A DNA stretch of 63,760 bases, filler included, from Octopus bimaculoides (Eukaryota), in the NCBI RefSeq assembly GCF_001194135.2. It is 5 parts of 5 records of this genome, joined end to end, with 100 filler letters (N's around TTAATTAATTAA, not from the genome) between each part and the next. Parts side by side here need not be neighbours in the genome. Positions count along the whole stretch, not along the records: positions 13,359 to 35,272 come from NC_068998.1; 4 more parts are not named here. One strand, given 5' to 3'. Of this stretch, positions 13,259-25,487 are shown in pieces; within the stretch, counting starts at the first letter, position 1; every line of letters starts with the position of its first letter. Position numbers and translations under genes: made by a program. Below the pieces are notes generated by a model. It had not been told where the DNA came from and did no database searches. It saw only the letters and a program-made list of their open reading frames with translations.

Positions 13259-13358
13259 NNNNNNNNNNNNNNNNNNNNNNNNNNNNNNNNNNNNNNNNNN
13301 NNTTAATTAATTAANNNNNNNNNNNNNNNNNNNNNNNNNNNNNNNNNNNNNNNNNNNN
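13259..13358. other. Artificial 100-bp scaffold linker N44-TTAATTAATTAA-N44
   Basis: Exactly 44 N + 12-mer + 44 N. The 12-mer is self-complementary and puts TAA in all six frames. Confidence 0.97.
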
Positions 13359-13575
13359 TCTATTTTACATAGTTCGTTTAGTGTCCAGTTAAGGATGTTG
13401 TAGCTGTAGCTTATAACTGGGACAGCTAAAGTGTTGATACCCATTATCTTGTTTTTAGCATTGAGCTCTGTTTTTAGTATTGATCTAACTCGTCTATAGT
13501 ACTCTTTCTTTATTTTTTCTTTCATTTGTGTATGTTGTATCCTATCTAGTTCATTGACTCCTAAATACTTATATA
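13359..13575 (-). mobile_element. R4/Dong-clade non-LTR retrotransposon, RT C-terminal fragment, 5'-truncated in an (ATT)n tract
   Basis: YKYLGVNE...KEKIKKEYYRRVRSILKTELNAKNKIMGINTLAVPVISYSYNILNWT, typical of R4-clade RT thumb. Abuts (ATT)n at 13575-13628. Confidence 0.85.
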
Positions 13576-13593
13576 TTATTATTATTATTATTA

Positions 13594-13628
<35 letters not shown>

Positions 13629-13874
13629 GAGTGAGAGAGCAGTGCATGCCATCAAAGTGACACTGGGGTAAAATATACGAAGCCCATTATACACATTATG
13701 ACTGCCCTTCTGATAAGGGTACACCAGGCACTTGCATCACAGCCATATGTGCGCGACATGGTGATCTCATATCATGATAAACAGGGCATGACAACGTCGG
13801 TTGTTAAGCGATGGGGTGGGGACAAACACAGACACGCAAATATATACATACATATATAAGTATGTGTATGACGG

Positions 13875-14030
13875 GCTACTTTTCAGTTTCCGTCAACCAT
13901 ATCCACTTACAAGCCTTTGCACGGTCCGAGGCTATACTACCAGACACTTACCCAAGGTGCTACGCAGTGGAACTAACTCAGGAACCATGTGGTTGAGGAA
14001 CAAACTTCTTACCACACAGCCACGCCTGCA
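13875..14030 (-). mobile_element. tRNA-type SINE (family 2)
   Basis: Matches copies at 52133, 61507 and 63025. Confidence 0.8.
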
Positions 14031-15418
14031 CTTAATAATAATAATGATACCAATAATAATATTATTATTAACACCATTACTAATAATAATAATAATGATA
14101 ATAATAGTAATAACGATCATAAAACTAATGATGAAAATAATATTAATATTAATGATAATAATAACAACAGCAGCAATGATATTAATGATGATCATCATCG
14201 TAATAATAATATTTGTTGCAAATCAGTTCTTATCAAAACCAAATGAAAACCTAATAATTCGATGTGTTTATTAGATTTGTAGATATTTTCAAGCAAAAAG
14301 TTGTTCCAGCAGATAAAGAAATTGAAGACTTTTCGTTTAACAATTTGGAATATTTTCTTCCGAATTTGTCTCGACATTCAAATTGCCTCAAATTATTTGA
14401 AATATGTATATACATACATATACATACATATATATGTATATATATATATATNNNNNNNNNNNNNNNNNNNNNNNNNNNNNNNNNNNNNNNNNNNNNNNNN
14501 NNNNNNNNNNNNNNNNNNNNNNNNNNNNNNNNNNNNNNNNNNNNNNNNNNNNNNNNNNNNNNNNNNNNNNNNNNNNNNNNNNNNNNNNNNNNNNNNNNNN
14601 NNNNNNNNNNNNNNNNNNNNNNNNNNNNNNNNNNNNNNNNNNNNNNNNNNNNNNNNNNNNNNNNNNNNNNNNNNNNNNNNNNNNNNNNNNNNNNNNNNNN
14701 NNNNNNNNNNNNNNNNNNNNNNNNNNNNNNNNNNNNNNNNNNNNNNNNNNNNNNNNNNNNNNNNNNNNNNNNNNNNNNNNNNNNNNNNNNNNNNNNNNNN
14801 NNNNNNNNNNNNNNNNNNNNNNNNNNNNNNNNNNNNNNNNNNNNNNNNNNNNNNNNNNNNNNNNNNNNNNNNNNNNNNNNNNNNNNNNNNNNNNNNNNNN
14901 NNNNNNNNNNNNNNNNNNNNNNNNNNNNNNNNNNNNNNNNNNNNNNNNNNNNNNNNNNNNNNNNNNNNNNNNNNNNNNNNNNNNNNNNNNNNNNNNNNNN
15001 NNNNNNNNNNNNNNNNNNNNNNNNNNNNNNNNNNNNNNNNNNNNNNNNNNNNNNNNNNNNNNNNNNNNNNNNNNNNNNNNNNNNNNNNNNNNNNNNNNNN
15101 NNNNNNNNNNNNNNNNNNNNNNNNNNNNNNNNNNNNNNNNNNNNNNNNNNNNNNNNNNNNNNNNNNNNNNNNNNNNNNNNNNNNNNNNNNNNNNNNNNNN
15201 NNNNNNNNNNNNNNNNNNNNNNNNNNNNNNNNNNNNNNNNNNNNNNNNNNNNNNNNNNNNNNNNNNNNNNNNNNNNNNNNNNNNNNNNNNNNNNNNNNNN
15301 NNNNNNNNNNNNNNNNNNNNNNNNNNNNNNNNNNNNNNNNNNNNNNNNNNNNNNNNNNNNNNNNNNNNNNNNNNNNNNNNNNNNNNNNNNNNNNNNNNNN
15401 NNNNNNNNNNNNNNNNNN

Positions 15419-15449
<31 letters not shown>

Positions 15450-16929
15450 TGTATATATTTCTATGTCTCTGTGTACAGTATGCATATATACAAACACGTC
15501 CACACACACGCATATATATATATATATTGTATTTATTTATTCCTATATTCTTGCATATACATATTATTCGTACAAGAGATATGTTTTTGTTTTGTCTTTT
15601 TGTTTTTTTATTTTTTTTTGCTAATTATAATTTTGATTTTGCTGGTAAACAAATCTGGGAAACAAATTACAGTTGGTAGTTGTCGTCTTATTTTATTTAG
15701 TTTCCTCGACTTTTATTTTTTTAATGTAAAATTCGTCACATAAGGAAGTTAAAAACTAAATGCCTACGTTGATTGGTTAAATTTTGAAAGTTTGGACAAG
15801 TACGTAGGACGTGGACGAAAGAGAGTACTGATGTATCAAATAATTTTAAGAAATATCTTAACTCGTCGGAAGAAATTTAGTTGAAACATCTTAACCTACG
15901 CCACATTCAATTACAACTGTCTGTCTGTCTGTCTGTCTATCTCCGAAATAGTTGTGAAATTGTGAAAGACATTGGTGTTAGTCTGCACTTTTCAAAAACC
16001 AATATTTATCTATTTTTACCGAAAATATGATAAATTGCACGAAATGTAAGGGAATCTTCTAAGAACTGGCTAGAAGCCATTCGTACCGTATATGTCGGTA
16101 TATCCCAAATCAGAGGTCAATTTAAACCCCGAGTATAAAATCCGATCCTTAACTTGTGGATTAGAACGTCACCAAAGGGGATGGAGAGCAGTGTAAACCA
16201 TTTAAAGAGAGGATTTCATGGAAAGACTCAACTTGTATTTCTACCATAAGCAGCAGTACTCTTTCTAAGTAAACATTGGTCTCCAGCTACCGTAAAAACC
16301 TTCCTCATGGCTCCTACAGATAAACGAAAAACTTATGAGGCTAGTTTTAACCATGTTACTGTGCAAATCCTATCTCATAACTTTTTAATATTTTTCTTTA
16401 TATAAGTTCCCAAATATTGTACTGAACTTTCACATTTGAATGCTTTAACAACTAAAGAATATTTGGTTTAACGTCTACGATATTTAAATCGCGACATACC
16501 TAAAACACAAATACCTTCAGCATCCCAGTGAGATATACAGACACTAGTTTATCCAGATAAAGGTGGTGGAAAAGCATAAGCACAGTTTTGATAACAAATG
16601 GGACAGATATCAAATATGCGAAAATGTGTCGTCAAGCCTTATTTCTGTTTTGTTCAGTTGAAAACCAATAGATTTTATTCTACGCTGGAGAATAACTTGA
16701 ACAAGATTAAGACATTTTGAATGTTTAAAGACAAAGAAGATAATATTTTTTAAAAGTTAGAAAGCACCAACATACATATGCACAATTTCTGTGTATTCCA
16801 GTTGATGTAGGTATTGAGTTGTCACTTAAATTCGTTCGTGTCTGCTAATGTTATCTACATTAACACAAAAAAATATTTTTATCGAAGTGTTTTATGTTAT
16901 TTTTGAAGTTCTGTTTTTCTCGTACAACG

Positions 16930-17200
16930 TTTGTATATTGCTTTTGAAATTCGAATAAATTCGATTACTTTTCAGAATTATGACGTTGGAGTATGAAGTA
17001 GAAAATAATGAATATTTTCGAAAACTGTTTCTCTTTGCTTTCCGTCAAAGTTTTAAAGTTACCAAAATTGATCGAAACACTTGTGTCATGTATGGAGAAG
17101 ACGCTATTACTAGAAAAGAATTGCATAGAAATTATTTTTACGCTTCTGATGAACGAGTTCAACCTCGGGGATCCGTGAAAATTCACTAAGTATGATAATT
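16930..17200 (+). mobile_element. Mariner transposase N-terminal remnant
   Basis: EYFRKLFLFAFRQSFKVTKIDRNTCVMYGEDAITRK resembles the mariner HTH N-terminus. Confidence 0.6.
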
Positions 17201-18580
17201 ACCCCTGTAGATGGAATCTTCTCATGATACCGTCGTTGGTCACCTTCACTTAATGGGCACTCCTGCTGAAACAACCCGACCGGTGACACGGCGCGCTTCT
17301 TCAAGACGACAACTCTCACATCCACGTCATTAATTGTCCAATACTGTTATTTAAGAGCTCAGATGTGAAGTTTTACCGCGCACACCGTATTTTCCTGATA
17401 TACAACCTTCGCATTAACATCTTTTTCAACCACTCGCCAACAGACTGCGATGTGAAATTGGAAGCATAGCTTGATGAATTGTCGAGTCAATGACTATTAT
17501 TCCATTCAAACTTTGCTATTGTTACTTGGTCATCAATGATTTTTAAACTGATTTATTTTCCATTACATCTCAGACAGACAAATTCAGCGCTGAGTTGTTG
17601 AAGTAGCGATAATGCTATAGCAAATATTCTGTTCAATACCACAGATTTTCTTGTCAGTTGTTTGACCATAACCATTTGAGCATGCCCCTTACTAGCTGAC
17701 AATATGTGCATCTCTGATGATGAGCAGGAGTAGGTGGGGGCATCATAACCAAGTCTAAAATGGGATTGTTTGAGGCTAGAATATATATAAGGAAAGCAAA
17801 TTTTGAAGGAAATATTAGTCATTTTCCGTAATTTCCAGGAGCAAGCAGATAGAAAATAACAGTTCCTACTCAAAGACAAATTCGTGTTATATAGTGTGAT
17901 TTATAGACAGTTTAAGCGATACAATTCATTACAATTCGCTCAAATCCATTATATTCATCGCACATTATTCTGTTCCCTGTCCCTGTCAGACAATCCTTCC
18001 CCAAATATCCCTTCCGCCCACGAAAGTTAACTACCGCTAAATAAATAAGCCGTCTTCTATTCGTAAATTTTGCTTTCCATTTGCTCTCTTTCTATCCAAA
18101 TTTCTCGCCTTACTTTTCCTCTCTCATTTCTTGTTTCTTCCTCCTTATATTACTACCTATTATTTTATCAAAACACACCACGGTGCATATTTTTTGTCTT
18201 AGTCCTCCCACGAAAACTGCCAAACTATCACACACAACCAATCAAGTAACAAACTTGTTTTCTAATATTGAGTGAGGTATGAACTTCATGGGTATATAGT
18301 AATGATCTACATTGCAGAACTAGCCATGAGTAACGGAAGACAGTTGAAGGAGGTGGAAGGGGTGATATTAGTCTTCGGGTTAGTAGTATGACTGCTTCCT
18401 TCACCTGTGGACTGTACAAAACTCATCCTAGTGTATGTCTGTGTACGTGTATGAGTATATATATATATATATAGAGAGAGAGAGATTTATAAATACACAT
18501 ATAAAGTATATATGCATATATAAATGTCTGGTAATGCTTGTCCATTGTGTATGTACATTTCTGTCTCCCTTTCTCTATAT

Positions 18581-18618
<38 letters not shown>

Positions 18619-18623
18619 ATACT

Positions 18624-18679
<56 letters not shown>

Positions 18680-19149
18680 ATACAAATTATGCCATTTATC
18701 ACGCATCGTCTATCAAAATAATCCGCTACAAATGCATTGCCAAATATTTAAGCAGTATTATTAATTGTTTTGCCTGACCTTTGACATCATTATTCATATT
18801 CTATGATTATGATTCAGTTAAAGGTCACCTAAACTGTATACTGTAAACACATGCATATATATTCAGATATGTAAATGCATACACACATATAGAAATAGAA
18901 ACCTAAGTACGTCTGTACATTCATATATATATATGTTTGTGTGTGTGTGTGTATGAATGTCCAGATGTACTTAGGTATGTATTTCTATATGTGTGTATGC
19001 ATGTGTGTTTATAGTATATAGTTTAGGTGACCTTTCACTGATTCGTAATCATAGAATATGAATGATGAAACTACCCGGATGTGTGTGTGTGTGTTTGTGT
19101 GTGTGTGCCCGCGTGCGTGTGCGTGTGGCGTGTGCGTGTGCGTGCGTGT

Positions 19150-19181
<32 letters not shown>

Positions 19182-19769
19182 GTTCCGTGATATAAAATTC
19201 AACAAAGAATGCACTCCCTCCGGTGAGAGATAAATATTATTTATTTAAAGGGCACAATACACTCAAATAAATTCTTCATGCGCAAAAACCACATATCATA
19301 ACAAACTAAAAAGTTGAATAATATAGAGGAAACACGAAAAGACTGAGAAGACAGCAATATAGAAAATGCGAAAGTAAAAAGTAAAAAAAAACAAGCAGAT
19401 AAGGAAAAGGGGAAAACGAAAACACAAAAATTAATTGGTAAAAAATAAAAAGTAAAAGGGTAAAAGAGCTACACTCCTTAGGCCTTAAATGATAAGGCTG
19501 GAAATATGTCAAGTCAGTCAGGAATAGGCGAAATTTTTCCAATTCTTCAGGATATACTTATATATATGCATGCAAATACTGAAAATCTCTGACCTGGAGC
19601 TCAATAGAGAGTTAGGATTCTTAGATCTGAACAGGATCTACGTTCTTTCAGCCAAACAAAGTCTACATTTATTCGATCCATTCACATTAGGTATGAATTT
19701 CTCAACTACTTTCCATTTATTCACCTGCAGTGTTTCGTTATCTTTCAAAGTCCATACGTAGCTAGACAA

Positions 19770-20240
19770 CTTAGAAGCTTTGCTTTTGTCCATATGTCGG
19801 AAGGAGGCTATGTGATTGGGATAGCGATTTTTAAATCCACCTTCACATAATCGAATATAGGCCTTCTAAGCACTCGTATTATTATTTTTTAGGGTTGCGG
19901 CAACTTCCGTCTCATATATGATAGATTTTGCATTCACCTCTGCCTTATATATAATAGAGTTAATCTTACAACGTTGGTCAAGTGGACAGGATCCTGGGTC
20001 GTGACAGTTGCAGGTGGATTCAGGTTCTTGGTACCGACCATGTGTAAGGAGGATAGCACTTTTTACCTTTTGACACCTCAGTTTCGTTTCCCGTTGTTTA
20101 CTGTCTGCGTTTTCTATATGCTGCCTTCTCCGTTTCATTGCGTTTCTCCTATTTATTCAATTTTTTAGTTCATTATGATATGTGTTTTGCGCCTGAAGAA
20201 TATGTTTCAGTTCTCTCAACAAATGAAACTATTAGCAGCG
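19770..20240 (-). mobile_element. Penelope-like GIY-YIG remnant
   Basis: CNCHDPGSCPLDQRCKINSIIYKAEV matches the CNC-x-CPL-x-C-x-IYKA motif of Penelope endonucleases. Confidence 0.75.
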
Positions 20241-21488
20241 ATTTAATACATATATTATGACCTTTAAATAGTAATAGCTATCTCCCACCAGATGGTGTAC
20301 TTGTTTTGTTGAATTTTCTATCACGTTTCAGTGGATTATGTATATATATATATAATNNNNNNNNNNNNNNNNNNNNNNNNNNNNNNNNNNNNNNNNNNNN
20401 NNNNNNNNNNNNNNNNNNNNNNNNNNNNNNNNNNNNNNNNNNNNNNNNNNNNNNNNNNNNNNNNNNNNNNNNNNNNNNNNNNNNNNNNNNNNNNNNNNNN
20501 NNNNNNNNNNNNNNNNNNNNNNNNNNNNNNNNNNNNNNNNNNNNNNNNNNNNNNNNNNNNNNNNNNNNNNNNNNNNNNNNNNNNNNNNNNNNNNNNNNNN
20601 NNNNNNNNNNNNNNNNNNNNNNNNNNNNNNNNNNNNNNNNNNNNNNNNNNNNNNNNNNNNNNNNNNNNNNNNNNNNNNNNNNNNNNNNNNNNNNNNNNNN
20701 NNNNNNNNNNNNNNNNNNNNNNNNNNNNNNNNNNNNNNNNNNNNNNNNNNNNNNNNNNNNNNNNNNNNNNNNNNNNNNNNNNNNNNNNNNNNNNNNNNNN
20801 NNNNNNNNNNNNNNNNNNNNNNNNNNNNNNNNNNNNNNNNNNNNNNNNNNNNNNNNNNNNNNNNNNNNNNNNNNNNNNNNNNNNNNNNNNNNNNNNNNNN
20901 NNNNNNNNNNNNNNNNNNNNNNNNNNNNNNNNNNNNNNNNNNNNNNNNNNNNNNNNNNNNNNNNNNNNNNNNNNNNNNNNNNNNNNNNNNNNNNNNNNNN
21001 NNNNNTATATATGCATGTATGTATGTATGTATGTATGTATGTCTGTATGTATGTGTGTGTGTGTGTGTGCGTGTGTACCCATGCATGCGAGCGTGTGTGT
21101 GAGTGCACGAGTGCGTTCGTGTGTATGTGCATATGTGTGTGTATGTGTGTGTGTGTATGTATGTGTGTAAATGTTTCCTCAATTTTGGTCGAAACAATTT
21201 AACCTTAAGCACAGTAGGGTAGCTCAATGCTTTCTAGTTGAATTACATAGTTAAAGGCGAGCAAGTCAAAACATTGATGTCACTTTCAAAAATTTTTCTC
21301 TTTATATACATATATGCACTTTGGTCCTTCTTGTCAGAAAGTTGTCATCCCTTTATAGAACCTTGCGCAACAATGTGCACGTTCACTAAGCACGTTCATT
21401 CATGTAACATTTCAATTGCTTGCCTTCTGGCATGTCCAGGTAGCAGATTAGGCCAAACTAGTATAAATGTGCTTGATTTCTCCCTGGT

Positions 21489-21630
21489 TTATGTGAGTTT
21501 AGGTGGTAAATATTCTACAGCTTTGCTGGTAACATAACCCAGTACAACCTCTGGCATGGTCGGGTCGTCGTCGACTAAACCGGAAATTGCACAAAGCTTG
21601 CTTGGTGGTGGTAGTGGATTTTTTGGACAC
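21489..21630 (-). CDS. Candidate terminal exon of an unidentified gene (CPKNPLPPPSKLCAISGLVDDDPTMPEVVLGYVTSKAVEYLPPKLT*)
   Basis: Strong acceptor gttttgttttcatcctacag and 46 open codons to TAA in unique, GC-richer sequence. No partner exon identified. Confidence 0.35.
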
Positions 21631-21995
21631 CTGTAGGATGAAAACAAAACTCATCAAACTGCGGAGGAAGTCATGGGATTAACAAACATCGAAAAGTGTG
21701 TTGCGTATTTATATATATATATATATATATATNNNNNNNNNNNNNNNNNNNNNNNNNNNNNNNNNNNNNNNNNNNNNNNNNNNNNNNNNNNNNNNNNNNN
21801 NNNNNNNNNNNNNNNNNNNNNNNNNNNNNNNNNNNNNNNNNNNNNNNNNNNNNNNNNNNNNNNNNNNNNNNNNNNNNNNNNNNNNNNNNNNNNNNNNNNN
21901 NNNNNNNNNNNNNNNNNNNNNNNNNNNNNNNNNNNNNNNNNNNNNNNNNNNNNNNNNNNNNNNNNNNNNNNNNNNNNNNNNNNNNNNTATATATA

Positions 21996-23255
21996 TATTG
22001 TGTCATTCCATAAATAATGCGGCTTTTTCAATTACATGAACTAAAACTCAGTGGGGGACGGGATAAACTTCCTGCATCAACTTGTTATAAAAGCAGGTAG
22101 TCGTTTAACCTTGCCTTATTCTTAGTGCAAATTTTGAAGAGTGCAGTTCGATTTTAGCAGTTATTTTTTCAAAGCTAAGATGGAAATGACGAAGGTGCTT
22201 ATTCGACTTATTTTGCTTTATAAGTTCAATAAAGACAACAACGCAACAGCAAGTGCGAGGAACATTAATGCAGTATATGAGGATTTGGCCAATAAGTGTA
22301 AACCAGTGTCCAGAAATTCCGAGACGGAAACTACAGCCTAGAAGATGAGCCTCCTCCTGGAAGATCTGTAGAACTCAACGAGGACGGCCTGCAAAACCTA
22401 GTGGAACGTAATCCTATCGTAACTCTTGATGAACTAACAGAGAATCTTGTGTTAGGTCTTCGTGCCATTGGAATAGTCAGCAAATTGGGTCGATGTGTTC
22501 CTCACAAACTTTCCGTGTTTAATCACGCGCAGAGAGTGAACGGTTGCTCTGCTTTTCTGTCATGTCTCACGAATGAACCTTTTTTGGACCGAATAATGTG
22601 ACTGGTGACGAGAAATGAGTTCTCTATAAAAATTTCAGGCGCCGAAGACAGTGGGTAGGGAAAGGATAAAGACCGGCTATCCTGGTTAAAGAAGGTCTTC
22701 ACCAAACGTAATGTGTTGTTATCTGTTTGGTGGGATATGAAAGGTTTAGTCAACTTTGAAATTTTAAACCCAAACCAAACGATAACGAAGGAGGTTCACT
22801 GCGATCAGCTTGAGTGGCTTAAGTCAGCGCTAGAAGAAAAGCGACCATCTTTGGTTTCAAGAGGAAAGGTGTTCTTCCATCAGGATAATGCTCGCCTACG
22901 TGCAGTGAGGATAAGATTCGGAACGCTGGATCAGTTTGAATGGGAACGATGCCCCATTACTCATATTCGCCGGACATTGTCCCATCTGAATATCACTTAT
23001 TCCGCCGTCTTCAAATTCATTTGGAAGGAAAAAATATGAATTCTGTAGACGAGGTCAGAACTGTACTGGAGAAGTATTTTTCGTCATGGACAAGTGAATT
23101 TTGGAGAAGGAGCCTTGCAAGTCTACCAGATAGATGGAAGAACATTGCAGAAAATGAAGGAGAGTATAATTTAGATTAAAAAATGGACTTTGTTTATCTT
23201 AATTTTGTAAAACAGAAGTATAAAAAACTGCATTATTTATGGGATAATCCAATGT
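21996..23255 (+). mobile_element. Near full-length decayed Mariner (Mos1-like), about 1.26 kb, both TIRs present
   Basis: TIRs tattgtgtcattccataaataatgc... and ...gcattatttatgggataatccaat. Motifs CVPHKLS, TGDEK*, FHQDNAR and YSPDIVPSEYHLF, broken by frameshifts and stops. Confidence 0.92.
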
Positions 23256-24024
23256 ATGCATGTATATATATATATATGCATACATATACCTACATANNNN
23301 NNNNNNNNNNNNNNNNNNNNNNNNNNNNNNNNNNNNNNNNNNNNNNNNNNNNNNNNNNNNNNNNNNNNNNNNNNNNNNNNNNNNNNNNNNNNNNNNNNNN
23401 NNNNNNNNNNNNNNNNNNNNNNNNNNNNNNNNNNNNNNNNNNNNNNNNNNNNNNNNNNNNNNNNNNNNNNNNNNNNNNNNNNNNNNNNNNNNNNNNNNNN
23501 NNNNNNNNNNNNNNNNNNNNNNNNNNNNNNNNNNNNNNNNNNNNNNNNNNNNNNNNNNNNNNNNNNNNNNNNNNNNNNNNNNNNNNNNNNNNNNNNNNNN
23601 NNNNNNNNNNNNNNNNNNNNNNNNNNNNNNNNNNATATATATATATATATATATATATACATATGGCAAATGAAAGACACACGTGTATAAATATATATAT
23701 ATGCGTGTATATGTATATTGATATATATTGTGCATCTGTGTGTTTGTGCTGATGCTTGTGTGTATAGATATTTACCGCAATGTACACATAGTACCATCTT
23801 CCAAGAATTCACCTGCTGCCTATTCATATTGGAATCACAGGAATGAAATAATTAATTACCTCCCAGAGACTACTGTATATTATATAAAAAATATGTCTTC
23901 TAATATCTTTTTTTATGAAATTTTATTTGTTTAATTATTCTTCTTATAGATTCTTAGTTATTTCAGTGTAGTAGACTTCAAATTCCTTAGCGTATATATT
24001 TTTTAATGTGCAGATCTAGCTATT

Positions 24025-25212
24025 CTATGTCTGTGCTGACATTGTTTGGGATAAAGAGTGCATGGAATTAGCCAGCAAACCAAATTCTTCCCACTTCTGT
24101 TTGTGCAATGTGTTCTGTAAATCCTTCAATTCTTCAACACTTTTCAGTTTTTTGTCTAAATTCGATTGATTTTTATGCAGTTCGTAATTCGCTTCTTTTA
24201 ATCTTTCTATTTTCTTTTCTTCCTCTGCCATTCTATTTAATAATAACCTCTTGTCTTCATTTAACATTTCCTTCTCCTTCAACATACCCCTGTTCCTAGT
24301 TTCCATGTCTACATTCCTTGCATTTGCCATTTTTAAAATATTTTCCAGTTCATTATTCTGACTCTGTAACTTTGCAACTTGATCCATGCATTCCGATATT
24401 CGTCTAGCATATAATTCTTTTTCGCTTTTTATATTGGCCATCTCTTGAAGTTCACTCAAGCATTGCTCTAGCCTTTTGTTCTTGGTATCAACTTCACTCC
24501 AACACATGTCCAAACGATTCTTTAAATCTGATATTTCCCGTATATAATTGGAACTTTCTATACGTAACCTTTCATTGCTTTCACTAAGTAGCTTCTTGCT
24601 GGATTCCAAGTGTTGCAATCTTTCATTTGCATCAAATAATTCACTTTTGACCCGGTCTTGTTCATTTTTTTCTGTCACCATCTTTTCTATGAGAGTTTGA
24701 GAGCATTTGTAATTGTCTTCGATCGATTTCAAATTGTGAACGTGTTTCGAAGCGGTTAACTTCAGTTCTTCCATTTTTTTTTCCATGTCTGCCAATTTTT
24801 CGTCTTTCTCAGCCAATTTCTGTTTCAGGCGATGGATTTCAATGTCAGTATCCATTCTCATGTTGTTAAGTTTCTTTAACATATCACCGTCATCATGTTC
24901 GCAGATATATTGTTTATTAGATTTAGTTCTTACACATTGAGGTAAATCTTGTGCACAATCATCACTTATTTTACATGGCCTTTCTGGTACTTTCTGATCG
25001 GCAAGTAACTTTCGCAGATATCGCGACTCCATTTCCAGATAATAAATCTGATATTGAAGGTTTCGAATGTATTGCGATTCAATTGAGGATTTTGTCGATA
25101 CATCTTTCATATAAGCGTTACAGTGACCTCTGTTTGAAGTCATTGATGCAGCCTTTGGGAAATTTACCTTCGCAGGCCGTTTTAGATTTGTTCCACATCG
25201 AAAACATTTCAT
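24025..25212 (-). CDS. Intronless 395-aa coiled-coil protein
   Basis: Uninterrupted ATG-to-TAG ORF with an in-frame stop just upstream. Rich in E/K/L/Q with helical heptad character, non-repetitive and with no transposon motifs. N-terminal CxxC and a YIRNLQYQIYYLEME block. Confidence 0.88.
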   Translation of the reverse strand: MKCFRCGTNLKRPAKVNFPKAASMTSNRGHCNAYMKDVSTKSSIESQYIRNLQYQIYYLEMESRYLRKLLADQKVPERPCKISDDCAQDLPQCVRTKSNKQYICEHDDGDMLKKLNNMRMDTDIEIHRLKQKLAEKDEKLADMEKKMEELKLTASKHVHNLKSIEDNYKCSQTLIEKMVTEKNEQDRVKSELFDANERLQHLESSKKLLSESNERLRIESSNYIREISDLKNRLDMCWSEVDTKNKRLEQCLSELQEMANIKSEKELYARRISECMDQVAKLQSQNNELENILKMANARNVDMETRNRGMLKEKEMLNEDKRLLLNRMAEEEKKIERLKEANYELHKNQSNLDKKLKSVEELKDLQNTLHKQKWEEFGLLANSMHSLSQTMSAQT

Positions 25213-25446
25213 TTTCGTTTATAGGATCGACCGGATTTCTAGGTTGGCCATTAGGTTGTTACTTGATTTGCTAATCACATCCTGATACCATTACACACAT
25301 GACGAAAACAATGACGACATAAATGTAAGACGTAATAGCTTCCGACCAAAATTTTAACGTCTGTATTTCCATAGCGAGAATAAGACGTGCAACTTTGAAA
25401 TGGTAAGTTTATTTAAGCATTCAACTATATACAAATGTCTGTATTC

Positions 25447-25487
<41 letters not shown>

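Noticed and set aside
13303-13314. TTAATTAATTAA recurring four times as a possible conserved motif or homeodomain site
   Set aside because: Always centred in exactly 44+44 N, so it is a synthetic linker.
13801-14274. Hydrophobic poly-Ile ORF resembling a membrane protein
   Set aside because: Translation of an (AAT)n tract fused to a SINE.
14251-15743. Long ORFs in the track that span N runs (also at 20.3, 23.2, 27.9, 31.2, 36.4, 42.5, 55.1 and 62.3 kb)
   Set aside because: They are open only because N codons translate as X, and the flanks are (AT)n microsatellite.
20190-20240. CTGAAGA...GAAAC hammerhead-like spacing next to a Penelope remnant; similar weak motif at about 2960-3000
   Set aside because: Stems II and III do not pair convincingly.
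23000-23030. Mariner third catalytic residue reads E (PSEY), suggesting a DD34E variant
   Set aside because: A single-base change in a copy with many other stops and frameshifts.
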